Source: Alloascoidea hylecoeti
Taxonomy: Eukaryota
DNA: 64,000 nucleotides
NCBI GenBank assembly: GCA_001600815.1
Contig: BCKZ01000006.1
Coordinates: 1 to 64,000 of the forward strand
Direction of reading: 5' to 3'
Within the stretch, counting starts at the first letter, position 1. Every line of letters begins with the position of its first letter. The notes beneath the pieces are model-generated. The model was not told the origin of the DNA and ran no database searches. It was given only the letters and a program-made list of their open reading frames with translations. The translations under genes were made by a program, and so were the position numbers. Below, piece after piece: positions 48,036 to 60,592 of this stretch.

Positions 48036-48348
48036 CCCACGATGTCATGATTGTTCCTTCCCATTCTCTGTATAGGAATACAAGGTGGAAGCTTTCTCCA
48101 GAGGAATTTTAAGTTAATCTCTATTAGAAAACTAAGACTAAGATTGAAGTTTATATAGTTCTAAGAGAAATCCAGGTTACATAAGCATGAGATTATATTT
48201 GTACTAAATAACGAATGATCATGAAGAACACCTAATGGTGTGTGTGTGGCATAATAATATAATAACAAGACATAAAGGCATAGTGGCAGATCATAGTAAT
48301 ATAACAAAAAAACAAGAGGATAACGTTTTACTACGCTCTCCAACAATT

Positions 48349-48422
48349 GGTTCGATGGTCTAGTTGGTTATGGCATCTGCTTAACACGCAGAACGTCCCC
48401 AGTTCGATCCTGGGTCGAATCA
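48349..48422 (+). tRNA. tRNA-Val(AAC)
   Basis: GGTTCGATGGTCTAGTTGGTTATGGCATCTGCTTAACACGCAGAACGTCCCCAGTTCGATCCTGGGTCGAATCA, followed by TTTTT. Confidence 0.97.
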
Positions 48423-48829
48423 AGTTTTTGTCAATTTTTGGTTTTCCCACAATCACAAAAAAAATCATTCTGGACCATTGGTGGACACTAGTAGTCGCCA
48501 AATCTTTAGTCTCAATTTCAAATCGAAGCTCGAGTGTCGGATCGATTTTATTAATATGAGGAAGGTCTTAGTATGGCTTAAAATTGAGTCTCACACTTTA
48601 GGGTTACACTGTAACATTATAAAGTATAAAGTTTATTCTTATAAAATAATAAATGATGTTTTTACGATAGTATTATAGTAGGCTCATATCATGGATATCC
48701 TTTATACCGGCTATAACCATACCGGTACAGTATTTAAGATAATATTATAAGTTATACCAGTATATTAATCTAGCTATAAAAAAGTTATTCTAACACTAAG
48801 TATAAATAACCCCGGCAAGAGCGATTTGT

Positions 48830-49440
48830 GGAATCGGAACATTTCTCCTTTCGAAGATATCTTCTACTCTACTAATAATTGTATCTCTTGCTTTTGATTC
48901 TTCATTGTATTACATTGAGATTATTTTACTTACACCTCTCTGTAGATAATTTTTTGATACTGGACATACTAGAAAACTACCTAATAATGGAGCTCAAGAG
49001 ATTATACCAACTCCAGTTTCTTTAAAAAATGAAATGACTTCTCTTTCCTCTATCTACTAAATTATATAAATTTGGTCCATCCATTTTTTCTGCAATAAAT
49101 TGTAATTGAGCCAATAGATATGTTTTCATGATAATCCATATTGATTTAAGCTCCTCTCATCCAATTGATCTTTTCGTCTTAAATCTATCAATCCAAACAT
49201 ATAACGTTTTCCTTTGGATCACAAAGGAAGAAGACTTTAGTTAAAATAACAACAGTCGATCCTTTAATATTATATTTCTTCAAGAATTTTCCTAAAATAA
49301 TTTCTGGTAGCCCGTTAATATCGATATCAGCAGTATCTAAAGTTCTAATACCAAGATCATATGCGTTCTTCAAAACTGAAGAAGTTTTTTAATTATTATT
49401 ATTCATCTTCAATAACCCAAGGAGTTGATAATATTAGGAA
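48830..49440 (-). pseudogene. Aldo-keto reductase (aryl-alcohol dehydrogenase, YPL088W-like) pseudogene
   Basis: WVIEDE, KNAYDLGIRTLDTAD...NG..E.ILGKFLKKYNI....VVILTKVF, EREVISF..ETGVGIIS*APL (Trp to TGA). Frameshifts and internal deletions. Confidence 0.8.
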
Positions 49441-49936
49441 ACTTACATAGTTATAGATCTATACCGTATTTCACAATGGACGTTAACTACTATATTTAAG
49501 CATATTATTCCATTCTATATGGATATAGCGGATTTTACCACTTCTTTCCGTTAACATCATATCACTTTCTTATTTCTTTATTCTATAAGATTAATTGCTC
49601 GTGGTGCAGTGCACAATGCACATCACTGAAATTTTGGTCAGGGATATGCATGCAACTATACATATTACGACCCAGAGGAATTACCATAACATGCATATGC
49701 ATACATTCATCTGGATAAGGTAAGTACTATGCACCCCATCATATTAATTATTATATGCAAATGTGACTCTATTTCTATGCGTAGCGAAATCTGGAAGACT
49801 ACATATGCATAGTTAAGAAATAGGGGGAAATGTTTTGATAGAGTTTAATGAAAAGAAAAAAATTCAGATTTGCCATTTATCTATATTTTGCCGTCTTTAA
49901 TATAAGATATAATGGAAATGATTTTGGTGGGTTGGT

Positions 49937-50342
49937 TACATTTTCCACAAGGGTGTTGTAATTTTTGGATTATCGTAAAAGTTGTTCATTTTAAGTTCCA
50001 TTTTGGAGCTTGGAATGAGGAATTCTACTTTAGGAAGTGGCTAATTAATGGTCTCTCTAATAACTAAATATAGTTCTTCAAAATGATGAAATATATATTG
50101 AAACAGGCCAACTCAAGATGTGTCACAATCACAAAGAACTTAAAATTCAGATAATGGTGAAACTATATTCACAGATATATCTAATAAGGAGACGAAATGT
50201 ATGTGATGAAATAATTGCAAGCCAAATAACAGAATAGTGTCACCTGGTCTACTAATTTTTAGTTTTCAACATGGCGAAAATACACACAATCAGGTGATGA
50301 AATATCCCCCACATAGGGCTAATTCAGAGTGGAAAAATTGTA
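49937..50342. repeat. MITE-like dispersed repeat, copy 2, with candidate degenerate TIRs
   Basis: TACATTTTCCAC at 49937 and GTGGAAAAATTGTA ending at 50342. The interior is homologous to 5480-5775. Confidence 0.5.
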
Positions 50343-53300
50343 CCCGATTTATAATCGGTTATAAACTATACCGTTATTACTAATTATAATACTTATTCAT
50401 ATCTATACCTATATAGTTTCATTGCAAATAGTGCTACTAGCCTTACTCCTATAGCTAGTACTATGTAGTATTAATATTGCAATTGTTAAACGAGATACAT
50501 ATGCATACGAATATTAACTGTTAACTTTTGAAATGCTATGCAAGTTTATTTGGTTATTAGCTTGCTCGTATTGCACTTCCGTTACATTCATAACTATAAG
50601 GCCTTACAGCAATATATGATTAACTTTCCCAAATGGTATAAGTAGCCTTAGTTAGTAATTTCTGAGATTCTGGTTATTAACCATTCATATATGTAGTATT
50701 GCTCAAGATGAACGGAAAAAGAAAAATAATATTAATAACTTTTTTTTTTCTGAAATGATATAACTTTACATGGGTTTACAGGTACAATTTATCCACAATT
50801 TATACTTGAAACAATTGTAATTGTAATATTGAAATTATTTGTGATCATTTAAATTCTCAAATTATTAGGCTTAATATATTATCTATAATTGATCGTGCTG
50901 ATTCGATGCTTTTGTAACCTGCGAAAACATTTCCCGAAAATCATACTTTTTAGCCACAATAAATTAATTAGAAGTGTCCATGATATAACAATAGCCCAAA
51001 CAACTTAATGAATATCTGGGAGTATATTTGTGTTAAATTTAAGCTACATGTAATCAATAGTGCCAATATTAACTGTTATATTCATGTTGTGCTCTTGATG
51101 TTAATTGTAAGAAAGCATGTAGCCTTATATAGTATTACAATTTCCGATAAATGCACCATGTAATATTGATATAGGTATTTTAAAATATTTCAGAATATAT
51201 TTCATTTTCATGATCATCAATATTGATTAAACGCTAAAAGCTCATTATACGATTATATATTGATTTTATAGCAATTTTATAAATATAATTATCTGCTGAA
51301 TTTAAAATTATAAAGGTATCCACTACTTAATGGAAATAAAAGTGATGGCCGTAACAAATGAAGAAACGTGTAGAGAATTCGCGCCCTCTTCTTAAAACCT
51401 GATAGAGGCGTTAATATCGCTATTGTAAAATAGTTCATCTTACAGGTGTTAATGGATAACGTTAATATCAATATCAAGAATAAAATAAACGACAATCACA
51501 TTAGCTATACGACCTTGTAACAAATGTGGAAGCCTTAAACGTAATCTACAATTATAATTATAATCAATAGAAAAGAGTTGGTAAAGCTTTATAATACTAT
51601 AGCTTTATAGTATTAATATTATTATCCAGATTTGCTTTTTGAATCCATTTTAGGTCTCATACCATTTATCTTATATATAAGCACATGCCTATAAGCTTAA
51701 AGGTTTTATTATTATAGCTATACATGTTTATCTTGCAATTGACATTATGACTTGCGACAACAATATATTAAGATTATTTAAGTTCTATTATATATTGACA
51801 TGTACCGGCTAAAACAACCAATTACAAATTAGAATCTTAATCCTGCAATAAAACAACAAAAGTTATATATGATATATGATCTTGATGTGGCTTAAGCTAA
51901 AGAACATTAAACGCTACAAGGAAGTATGTTTATGTTTATCTTTATTGTTATGCATATGGGTATTATATGCTCAGATAGGATTATGTAATGAATATCTAAG
52001 ATCTAGATGTAAACTTGTACGAGGAAGTAAAAAACTTGGAAATCCTATAAAATCTTACAAAGCTTAAGCTTAAGTAACAATTTGCCATGTGCTCTTTCTA
52101 CATGATCATGACTTTATAGTCTTATACTAACTAATTATAATAATATAAATATAGACGTCGACGTTACATACCGTATAATGAAAGGCACAGAAAACTTGTT
52201 GAGGTATAAATGCAGATGCATATGTGTAATAATTCAGGTATAGAAACTTCAGTTAAGCTAAATTAATGACCTATCCCACTTTCATGGGACTGAAGCCAGC
52301 ATATATGTATACATCGATATCAGAGCAGGGTGTTAGTTCAAGTAAGAGTGTCCATAAATACAAATTTAATTGCAATTTCAATAGAAGAACATTTAATAAA
52401 GTTCTAAATGCCTGTTTCTCTCAGTTACGCCAAAAAGCCAATCGACTTCTTGTGAACTGTTCTAAGAGTGATACCAACAACATTTACAGCTATAAACAAA
52501 TCCATGGCCATATAGTGGATATCGATAACATTGGAAGGTTTAGTCAGAATTATATTGAGAGTTGTGTTATGTATGGATACCGGTATAATTTAAATAAAAG
52601 CTTAACTAACGTTATAACGGAAGATAGAAGCCGTAAAGCTGTACTTTAAATATTGAATGCTTTTTCTAGAAATGAATTTGAATTCAATTGTAAAAATTAC
52701 ATCCTTTGTAAGAAAACACGTTCTTTATTTATAATTGAAACATTTCCATTTTAAATATTCCTTTACATCTACATTTTTAGATTCATATTGCACGATTTTA
52801 TGGAGATCAGTTATAAAAATTATCTGGTTTTCAAATAATTCCGTTCTTCCTCAATCCGTATTACACTAAATGAGTTGTTTAGTCCATAAACATGTTTAGG
52901 TACTTGCATGGATCAGTGAATTGTATCAATTAGGGTTAAGGAATTATTTCTATGTTGAGAATATGGCCGTGGGCTTATCCGTATATATATACGGTAATCC
53001 ATGAACGACTAATTGCAAGAGCAGTAATTAGAGAAAAATGGCCTGAGGTTAAATGGCCAGAGAAATATATATAACAACATTAAATAATGACTGCAGAGAA
53101 AGCAGATGCAATTTCAATACAATTAGAAAAGGTTTAAATGAACTACATAATACGCTTAATTATGGATAAAGAAAAAGATGCATATAACATGTAATAAGTA
53201 TCTATAGCCTATATGTTTTATATATAATCAGGAATATGATAGGATTGCCATATCCACGAATGAAAACTTGAAGAAGATTGTCAACAAAAAATTCTAAATG

Positions 53301-56194
53301 TTAACATTAGAGAAGTTATAAACAATAATATCTATGTATATTTATTTTCCATCAATTTAAATTCTGTTTGTAAGTAGATCATTAATTCAGTATGGATTAT
53401 GATTATAACAGAAAGCACTAGCACCTAATTCTTTTAGTGTGTTTCAACAAAATATTGACATGGGAGAGTTATTATTTACGATATCAATGTAGGTGGTGCA
53501 TAATGTAACGTGAGAAAAAAGCTCATCAACAAAGATGGAGGCATCTCGTACTTATAGTATACAGCGTCGATATCTAGTCAACATTAATATGTTAACGTAG
53601 ATCCCCTAAACTTAACATCATAATATTAATATTAATATTAATATTAATATATTTAGCTAAAACTTCTGAGTTCCCGGTATCAATTGCAATTGTAAGCTTA
53701 AGTATAGTTTAATATCTTTCAATATATAAAACTTTGCCAGATATAAGATTATAGATGTGCATTTGAACTCCTCATGTGAATAATGAATATTAATATAGTT
53801 GAACTTAGTAAACCACATAAATTACATAAACTTAACAAAATTTGTAGGAAAAATAATCAAGCAGATTTACAACGCAGGTATACATCCGTATCTTGATGAA
53901 CAGAAAGTCTATATAATACAATGGCATATAGAATTCAATATAACAAATATAAATTATGATAACATTTTCAATAATATTTAGTGATAAAAAGTTTAAATCT
54001 ATAGTATTTAACTGTGCCTTGATAAACACAAAATGTTTTTTGACAAATGGGGTACGTATCTCTTGAAATATTCATCAAAAATATTCTTGTAATTTATTTT
54101 TAAAATAAATTGCACCGCGATTGGTGAATAATTTCTTATAATTATCATGAATTCGATTGGTGAAGATCTCTGATAAACTTTAAACTTTTTCAGATTCCAC
54201 TTTATAATTATAAATAAAATATACTGATTTTATATCTAAATAAAATTTAGAATAATATAATATTATTGAGGCGTTACATATGACATAATAAATCTTGTAC
54301 TATTAATTCATTCGGTGTTTTTTTCTTTCTAGAAAACTTGAAGAAGCCTATTCACAAGTAAATTAGAAATATTTTAATAAAATGCCAAACAAATCGACTA
54401 TTAATAATCTTAAAATATAATAAATAGCATGATCATAGTTTTGCTCAACAAGAATAAACATATAATAATCAATTGATCGAAAATAAACATACTGTTCTCT
54501 TCAAGATGATGTGACATTATGACATTATATAACAATAAGTTTCATATTATAATTAATCACGTCATGTATTTTCCTTTAGGTAAATGTGATATAAGTGTAT
54601 TTCTAGCCATAGCTGTTTACTATTTACTATTTACTATTTACTAGTTATAATTAGTATATAAATATCAAATAAGCATATCCGGAACGGCTAATATCGGTTA
54701 TACTATTAAAAAGCACTTATACCAAATTTAACAAAATGTAAATTTGAAAAATTTATTTAGTATTCAATTAAAAATGTTGCGATAAATTGTTAATTATTAA
54801 ATTTGAAATATTCATATAATTATTAATTAATTATAGTGAAGTACAATTAAATATATGTCAGTCTTTAAACTCAGAATATTGGGTTAAGCTTAATTATATT
54901 ATCCTAAATCTACAGGAATATTAATATCCATACGAATTTAAGAATTCAACGTAGATATACATGATATTATCATATAAATCCGTTGTATTTTTTCACAAAA
55001 TTCTAGGTTTAATGTAAAGTGAAACAAAAACGTCGTTGCAAATATAGAGTGACATATAAGCTTATAAATGATATAATACCAATATATTTAATATCTAACC
55101 TTAAACTATACTGTCAGTGAAAGGTTTTGTTGATGGCTGAGTGTGGCTGAATTTGAAAATGACTATAATTATAAAAATTAAATCTAAAGCATGATAATCA
55201 CCCCATCCCATGGTATATGAGGAATTTGGGGAAATTTAGGGTGGTCAAATACACACCTTTATTTATGTTATGTTTGGTTATTATATGGTTTAGCAGGCTT
55301 AAGCTGGGAACTGATCATCATGTGGTTTTAAAACTCTTCACGTGTAAGGTCAACTGGGCAAATTAGATGGATACAGTAACTTATCCAGCTAGGATAAGCA
55401 ACTTTCATAAATGGCATGTTTATCCCAACATCGATATATCAAAAGTCGACGTCACTTATTAAGACCTCGGGTCAGAAAAATGTAGTAATTAATAGTAAAT
55501 AATACCAATAAGACGACACTATTATTCTAAAATTTCGTTTTTCTTTTTTTTTCTTTTTGTTATTGGGCTTCCAGAAATTTATACAAGTGGTGTTACATGA
55601 GAATCATCAATTTCAAATATAGAACTTCTAAATTGGCAGTAGCGATGCTTGTATTTTGCGCAGGTGAAATGATGTATTTCTCTAAATTAATTATAGCACT
55701 TACGATTGATCAAGAGGGACGAGTAGCCGATATCTTCGAAAAGAGAGTTTTGTAAATCTTCATAACATCGTACGATATACTGGAGGTTCGAGCTAATATA
55801 AGATAGATGGGTAAAAATAAAACTAGGTAATATTACTATTAATCCATTTTGAGGAGGTGTTTCCGCATGTTCCATGGTGCCCTATAGTGTCCCATTGGTT
55901 ATCCCCAGGTTGAACATAGCAGCCGTTCCCGGAAAAAACCACGGATGTATAAGGGTTGGGTTGAGATGGAGGGTCAGATGAAAAATGGAAAATGGAAAAT
56001 GGAAAATGGTTTCATAACTGCAAGATTGCAGAATATGCATATGCACCTCAATCAGATCAGTCCACCCTGTACAAAGGTGACCATTATAAATTTATTCTTT
56101 AAATTTCTTATATAAGACCCTCGTTCCTTTACCCACTTGAACTACATACTCTGCTCTTCTCATCTTATTAAATATATATTATATACCCCCAATA

Positions 56195-57766
56195 ATGCTA
56201 GTCGGCTACTCACTTGCAAATAAGTTCCTCTTCTCAAAAAAGATAGGCGCAGGTGCTTATGGAACTGTCTATGAGGCTGTAGACAAACAAACCTCTGTTA
56301 AATACGCAGTTAAAGTCCTACCACGAAAGGCCCTCTCGAAAGGATTCAGAAAATCACATAGTATGACCTCACAAACATCCGGAAATATCGATTCTGTACA
56401 CAAAGTTATTTATGCCCAAAGTTTATCCCTAGAATCCTTAAAAAATTGCGACTGTTCATGTCCAATAATCAAAGAAATATCCTTACAACTAAGAGTTCAT
56501 ATCCATCCAAATGTCGTCACCATCCAGGCTGTTTTTGTAAATAACGACCAACTATTTGTTATCATGGATTATTACCCGGATGGGGATTTGTTTGCTCAAA
56601 TTACGGAGACCAACGTTTACAAAAATGATCCCAACTTAATAAAATCTGTTTTCGCCCAGTTATGCGATGCTGTTGGTTATTGTCATGCAAATGGCGTTTT
56701 TCATTGTGATTTAAAACCTGAAAATATCCTAGTATCAGAAAACGGTTCAAAAGTTGCAATTGCTGATTTTGGTCTAGCAATTAATGAAAAAACCATATCA
56801 TCAAATGTTTGCTGTGGCTCTTCCTATTATATGGCACCTGAAAGATTGTGTATTAGCAATGAGAGCAATAATAATATTCATAATAATGCTTCGGTTTTCT
56901 ATGGTCTCGGTGAATCAAGACTCTTTCCAACTGCAGCCGGTGATGTTTGGTCTCTTGGTGTTATATTAATAAATTTAATTTGTACCAGAAATCCTTGGAT
57001 GAAAGCAAGTTTGAACGATGAGACATACCGTACATATCTGAAGGATAATAGTTTATTAATGAGAATCTTACCAATTTCTTCAAAGATGAATAAAGTTCTA
57101 GACAAAACTTTCATAAGAAATCCAAATAAAAGGATCTCTTTATACGATTTACGACAGTTTATAATGGATTGTGATTCGTTTACAGTGGATGGGCCATTAT
57201 CTGTTTGTTCGCCTTATAATAATTTTGCCGATAGATGTTTTGTACCATGTTTATCATTTCATGGTGTTGCTGAAGATAGTTATGAAGAGGAAGAAGACAT
57301 TGATGGAATCTGTGAAGCAACAGATGATATCGATGATGTTACATCAGAATCTGAAACTACAAGTATAAGTAGTATTGATAGCTATAGGAGATACAGAGAT
57401 GATGTTGATAGTAATGTTACTTCACCTTTACAATCCGATTGTTATATTAGCGGCTCAACAACATATCAAGATAAACAAAATCATCAACAATATTCACATG
57501 AAACATTTCCACAAACAACAGCTTATATACCTCCTCAACCACAACAACCACCTATTACTTTGCCATCATTCAATTCTCCTCATCGGTTATATGGTAATTT
57601 AGGTTTTATGAATTGCTATCCTAATTTTCATCAAGAAGTTCAACAGCACTCATCCACTCATGGCCATGGTATTCTGGGTGGTCTTACAGGAACAACAGGA
57701 ATAAATTATTATTATCCTCAACCCAACGGGAGATTTGTGTCTTACCAAGTACCATTCAGAGCTTAA
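56195..57766 (+). CDS. Ran1-family Ser/Thr kinase (SKS1/VHS1/Sha3-like)
   Basis: [71 protein letters not shown]...RNPW.KA. Confidence 0.9.
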   Translation: MLVGYSLANKFLFSKKIGAGAYGTVYEAVDKQTSVKYAVKVLPRKALSKGFRKSHSMTSQTSGNIDSVHKVIYAQSLSLESLKNCDCSCPIIKEISLQLRVHIHPNVVTIQAVFVNNDQLFVIMDYYPDGDLFAQITETNVYKNDPNLIKSVFAQLCDAVGYCHANGVFHCDLKPENILVSENGSKVAIADFGLAINEKTISSNVCCGSSYYMAPERLCISNESNNNIHNNASVFYGLGESRLFPTAAGDVWSLGVILINLICTRNPWMKASLNDETYRTYLKDNSLLMRILPISSKMNKVLDKTFIRNPNKRISLYDLRQFIMDCDSFTVDGPLSVCSPYNNFADRCFVPCLSFHGVAEDSYEEEEDIDGICEATDDIDDVTSESETTSISSIDSYRRYRDDVDSNVTSPLQSDCYISGSTTYQDKQNHQQYSHETFPQTTAYIPPQPQQPPITLPSFNSPHRLYGNLGFMNCYPNFHQEVQQHSSTHGHGILGGLTGTTGINYYYPQPNGRFVSYQVPFRA

Positions 57767-60184
57767 TTTTTATCTTATTTATTTATCGTTTTTATCTATA
57801 ATTTTATGATCGCATTGCATTGATATATTAATTTATTTTGGATTAAAGAAATTATAAATATATTTCTTTCCTTTTCCTTTTTCCAATTGGTGGTAACAGG
57901 AGGTATAATCACTCAATTTTTAGGTTTGTAATGCTTTTAATTTCTTTTTACGCTTTTATATTTTCTGTTTTACTCTTAAATTATGAATTGAAATCGGTCA
58001 TGGTTTTATTTTTTATGGTTTGTTTGAAGGGGTTACGTAAACTACAAGGTTAGCATTTGTACAAATCTCCGAGGATTTCTAATGATTAATTAGATGATTG
58101 AGTTATCTAACAAGTATATTATTAATTTCATTATTTTATATTTTTATATTTTACTTTAAGTACGCATTAATATTACATTTTTTAGAAACCCATTAGTAAA
58201 TATAATGAAAAAGAGAAAAAGAGAATTTTGATTTTTATTTATGATTATGTTGAGGAGGAGTTTAAAATTGTTTTATTATACCGGTAATAATTTCAATTGT
58301 ATTGATTACTATGAAATTCATTGCTTGACTTTACTATAGATTCCTGTTAACTACATGTACATAAGATTACTTTCGCGCGATAGATAATTAATAAATGATT
58401 GATCAAAAGATTAAATCTTGTATATATATGTATTCTCTTAAATTATTATGTACTAATTATTAACCTCTTTATTTTTAGATCTAATACATGTGTACATGAA
58501 CATGAACATGAACATTCTATAAAATTTTGATATCATTATCAATTGCAATAATATAACCAGTATCCCTTAACCCCGCCTTCTATAAATATGCTGATAACAG
58601 TGGTAAGTAACAAGTATTAGCATAATTAATCTCTTTAGATTGGTATAATTACTTGAAAATCGATTATTATAAATCATAAGCGAAATATCCACCACTTAAA
58701 AGTTTCATACAATATTTCCAGTGAAGTTCGATATCGAATATTTCGGCATTGTGGGGGCAAACCTTTGGTATATCATTCAAGGATAATGATACATGAGTAA
58801 CACAGTAAGTATTCAGCAAACAGTAGATGCCATGATTAGCAGAAACCGTAGGCCTATAGTTTATATACCGGTAAATTCTTATTTAATGCTACTCATATGC
58901 ATGTATTATCTTTGTACAAAAGATTTGCGTCTACAATGCCAGAGTAGCATTGTTAATTTATGTCGTCTAATGTTTATAAATATATCTAGACTACAAGGGA
59001 TTGTGATCATAATAAGACAGCAATAACACTTATTCCAGTGGAAACAAATAGCCATATCTGGTTCGAATCGTCCATTTAGCGTATAAAATTAAAGACAACT
59101 TTTGGGAAACTGTTTGGATGATCATCGGGAAGCGGATACATCCAAAATATTGACTATTTGCGTACGGTGTACCATATCTATCTGGGAATTGAATGAATAC
59201 AAACTAGACAAGAATATATCATCATTTGAAGGATTAGCTCTCAAACTTGCAGGAGGATGTTCAACAATATATATTTTATAGAAACCATCAGAGAGCAATT
59301 AAACCTTAGACTAATATAACATAATAGCTAGTGAATATTAGCGATACATAAGAATATAATGAATTTCAGCTAATTGTAACAATTACAAAAATTGTATCTT
59401 GTAAATCTTCAATTAATTGTGAAAGATTTAAGCCCGGTGATTTTATTATTGGTACGGCCGGTTATGAAAATGGACTATGGTACTTGCAATTGTCACATTG
59501 CTTGCTGGTCAGAAGCCTGCTGGTCAGAAATTTGTTGAAAGATTAATTAATTGAGTGGAGGCCGATATACTTGTTCTCTCGATATTCCCCGCTCTTTATT
59601 GGAGCCTCAACTGTATTGAAATTGAAGCCGATAAAGCTCTAATTCATCGAATATAGTTCAATTCAAATTATGCACCCAAACTTATAATATCAATATTAGT
59701 ATTTAAATTAAGTAAAGGCAGATAAATTTTCAAATGCTCTTGCTTTTTCGGCTTCTGTAGGTGTAACTTACACTTTCAGCGTTTAACCTTCTCCTTTATA
59801 AGTAAAACTGCATCATGATCATTTGATTGTATAGTTTCTTCTTCTTGGTATATAGTCTCTTTGGTCATTAAATTTGCTATATATGAGGATGTCTTTTATT
59901 CACTGGTGAAATTAAACTTTTGTTGGCTTGATGACCCAAACTTCGTCACTGAATTTTAATGTTTTTTTTTTTTTTGTTCGTTATTTGGGTGACATTTAAT
60001 TTGTGCGTTTTGTTTCCAAGTATTACACCCTCGTTCTAATATACATGCATATTTCGTTATTATGTGTTTCAATATTTAGTTATAGTTCATTTAATTCATT
60101 TAATTCATTATATGGAAAATATTAATTCGACACTTTCTGAAGTAGAATTCGTTAACTAATTATTAATTTCCAATATGCCGTAAA

Positions 60185-60235
60185 TTGACGAAAACTTTCC
60201 CCCGATTTAGTTAATTCAGAGTGGAAAAAGTGTAA
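60185..60235. repeat. Terminal fragment of the MITE-like repeat, copy 3
   Basis: TGACGAAAACTTTCCCCC..TAATTCAGAGTGGAAAAAGTGTA matches 50296-50342. Confidence 0.55.
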
Positions 60236-60592
60236 TTCTTCTAATTTGATAAAATACCATGTGCTTCCTAACTTCCTGATTCTACTTCATTGAATGTTCA
60301 GATTCCATCTAGTGGGCCCATAGCAAATATAAGATATTATCAATATTATCTTGAAAAATATTATTAAAAACGGGATTTAACTATATTTCTAATGCTGAAT
60401 CAGAGTAATATTTCTTCAGCTCCTTGTATATTGGGGAGGGATCCATTACAATATTGTTACAAATCATATATATATATAATCATATACGCATCACGTGGGA
60501 AGACATATCACCCAGACACCCATAGTACCATCATCTAATTTTTCATAAATATAAATCTAAATCTGGTGGTTTATAATAAGATCCTAAACAAA

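Noticed and set aside
48347..48559. 70-aa ORF
   Set aside because: Overlaps tRNA-Val and starts with TTG.
17962..48996. Trp codons replaced by TAG or TGA in three relic genes (17962, 18067, 23679, about 48995), suggesting stop-codon reassignment or readthrough
   Set aside because: The same loci also carry frameshifts or lack a start codon, and intact genes use TGG and terminate at TAG/TGA normally. TGG is one transition away from both stops.
6557..57766. Four protein kinases in 64 kb as a signalling cluster
   Set aside because: They belong to different families and pathways and are widely separated by unrelated genes.
59058..59075. GGTTCGAATC B-box-like motif
   Set aside because: No A box or cloverleaf around it, so a tRNA call is unsupported. 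An isolated TFIIIC site cannot be excluded.
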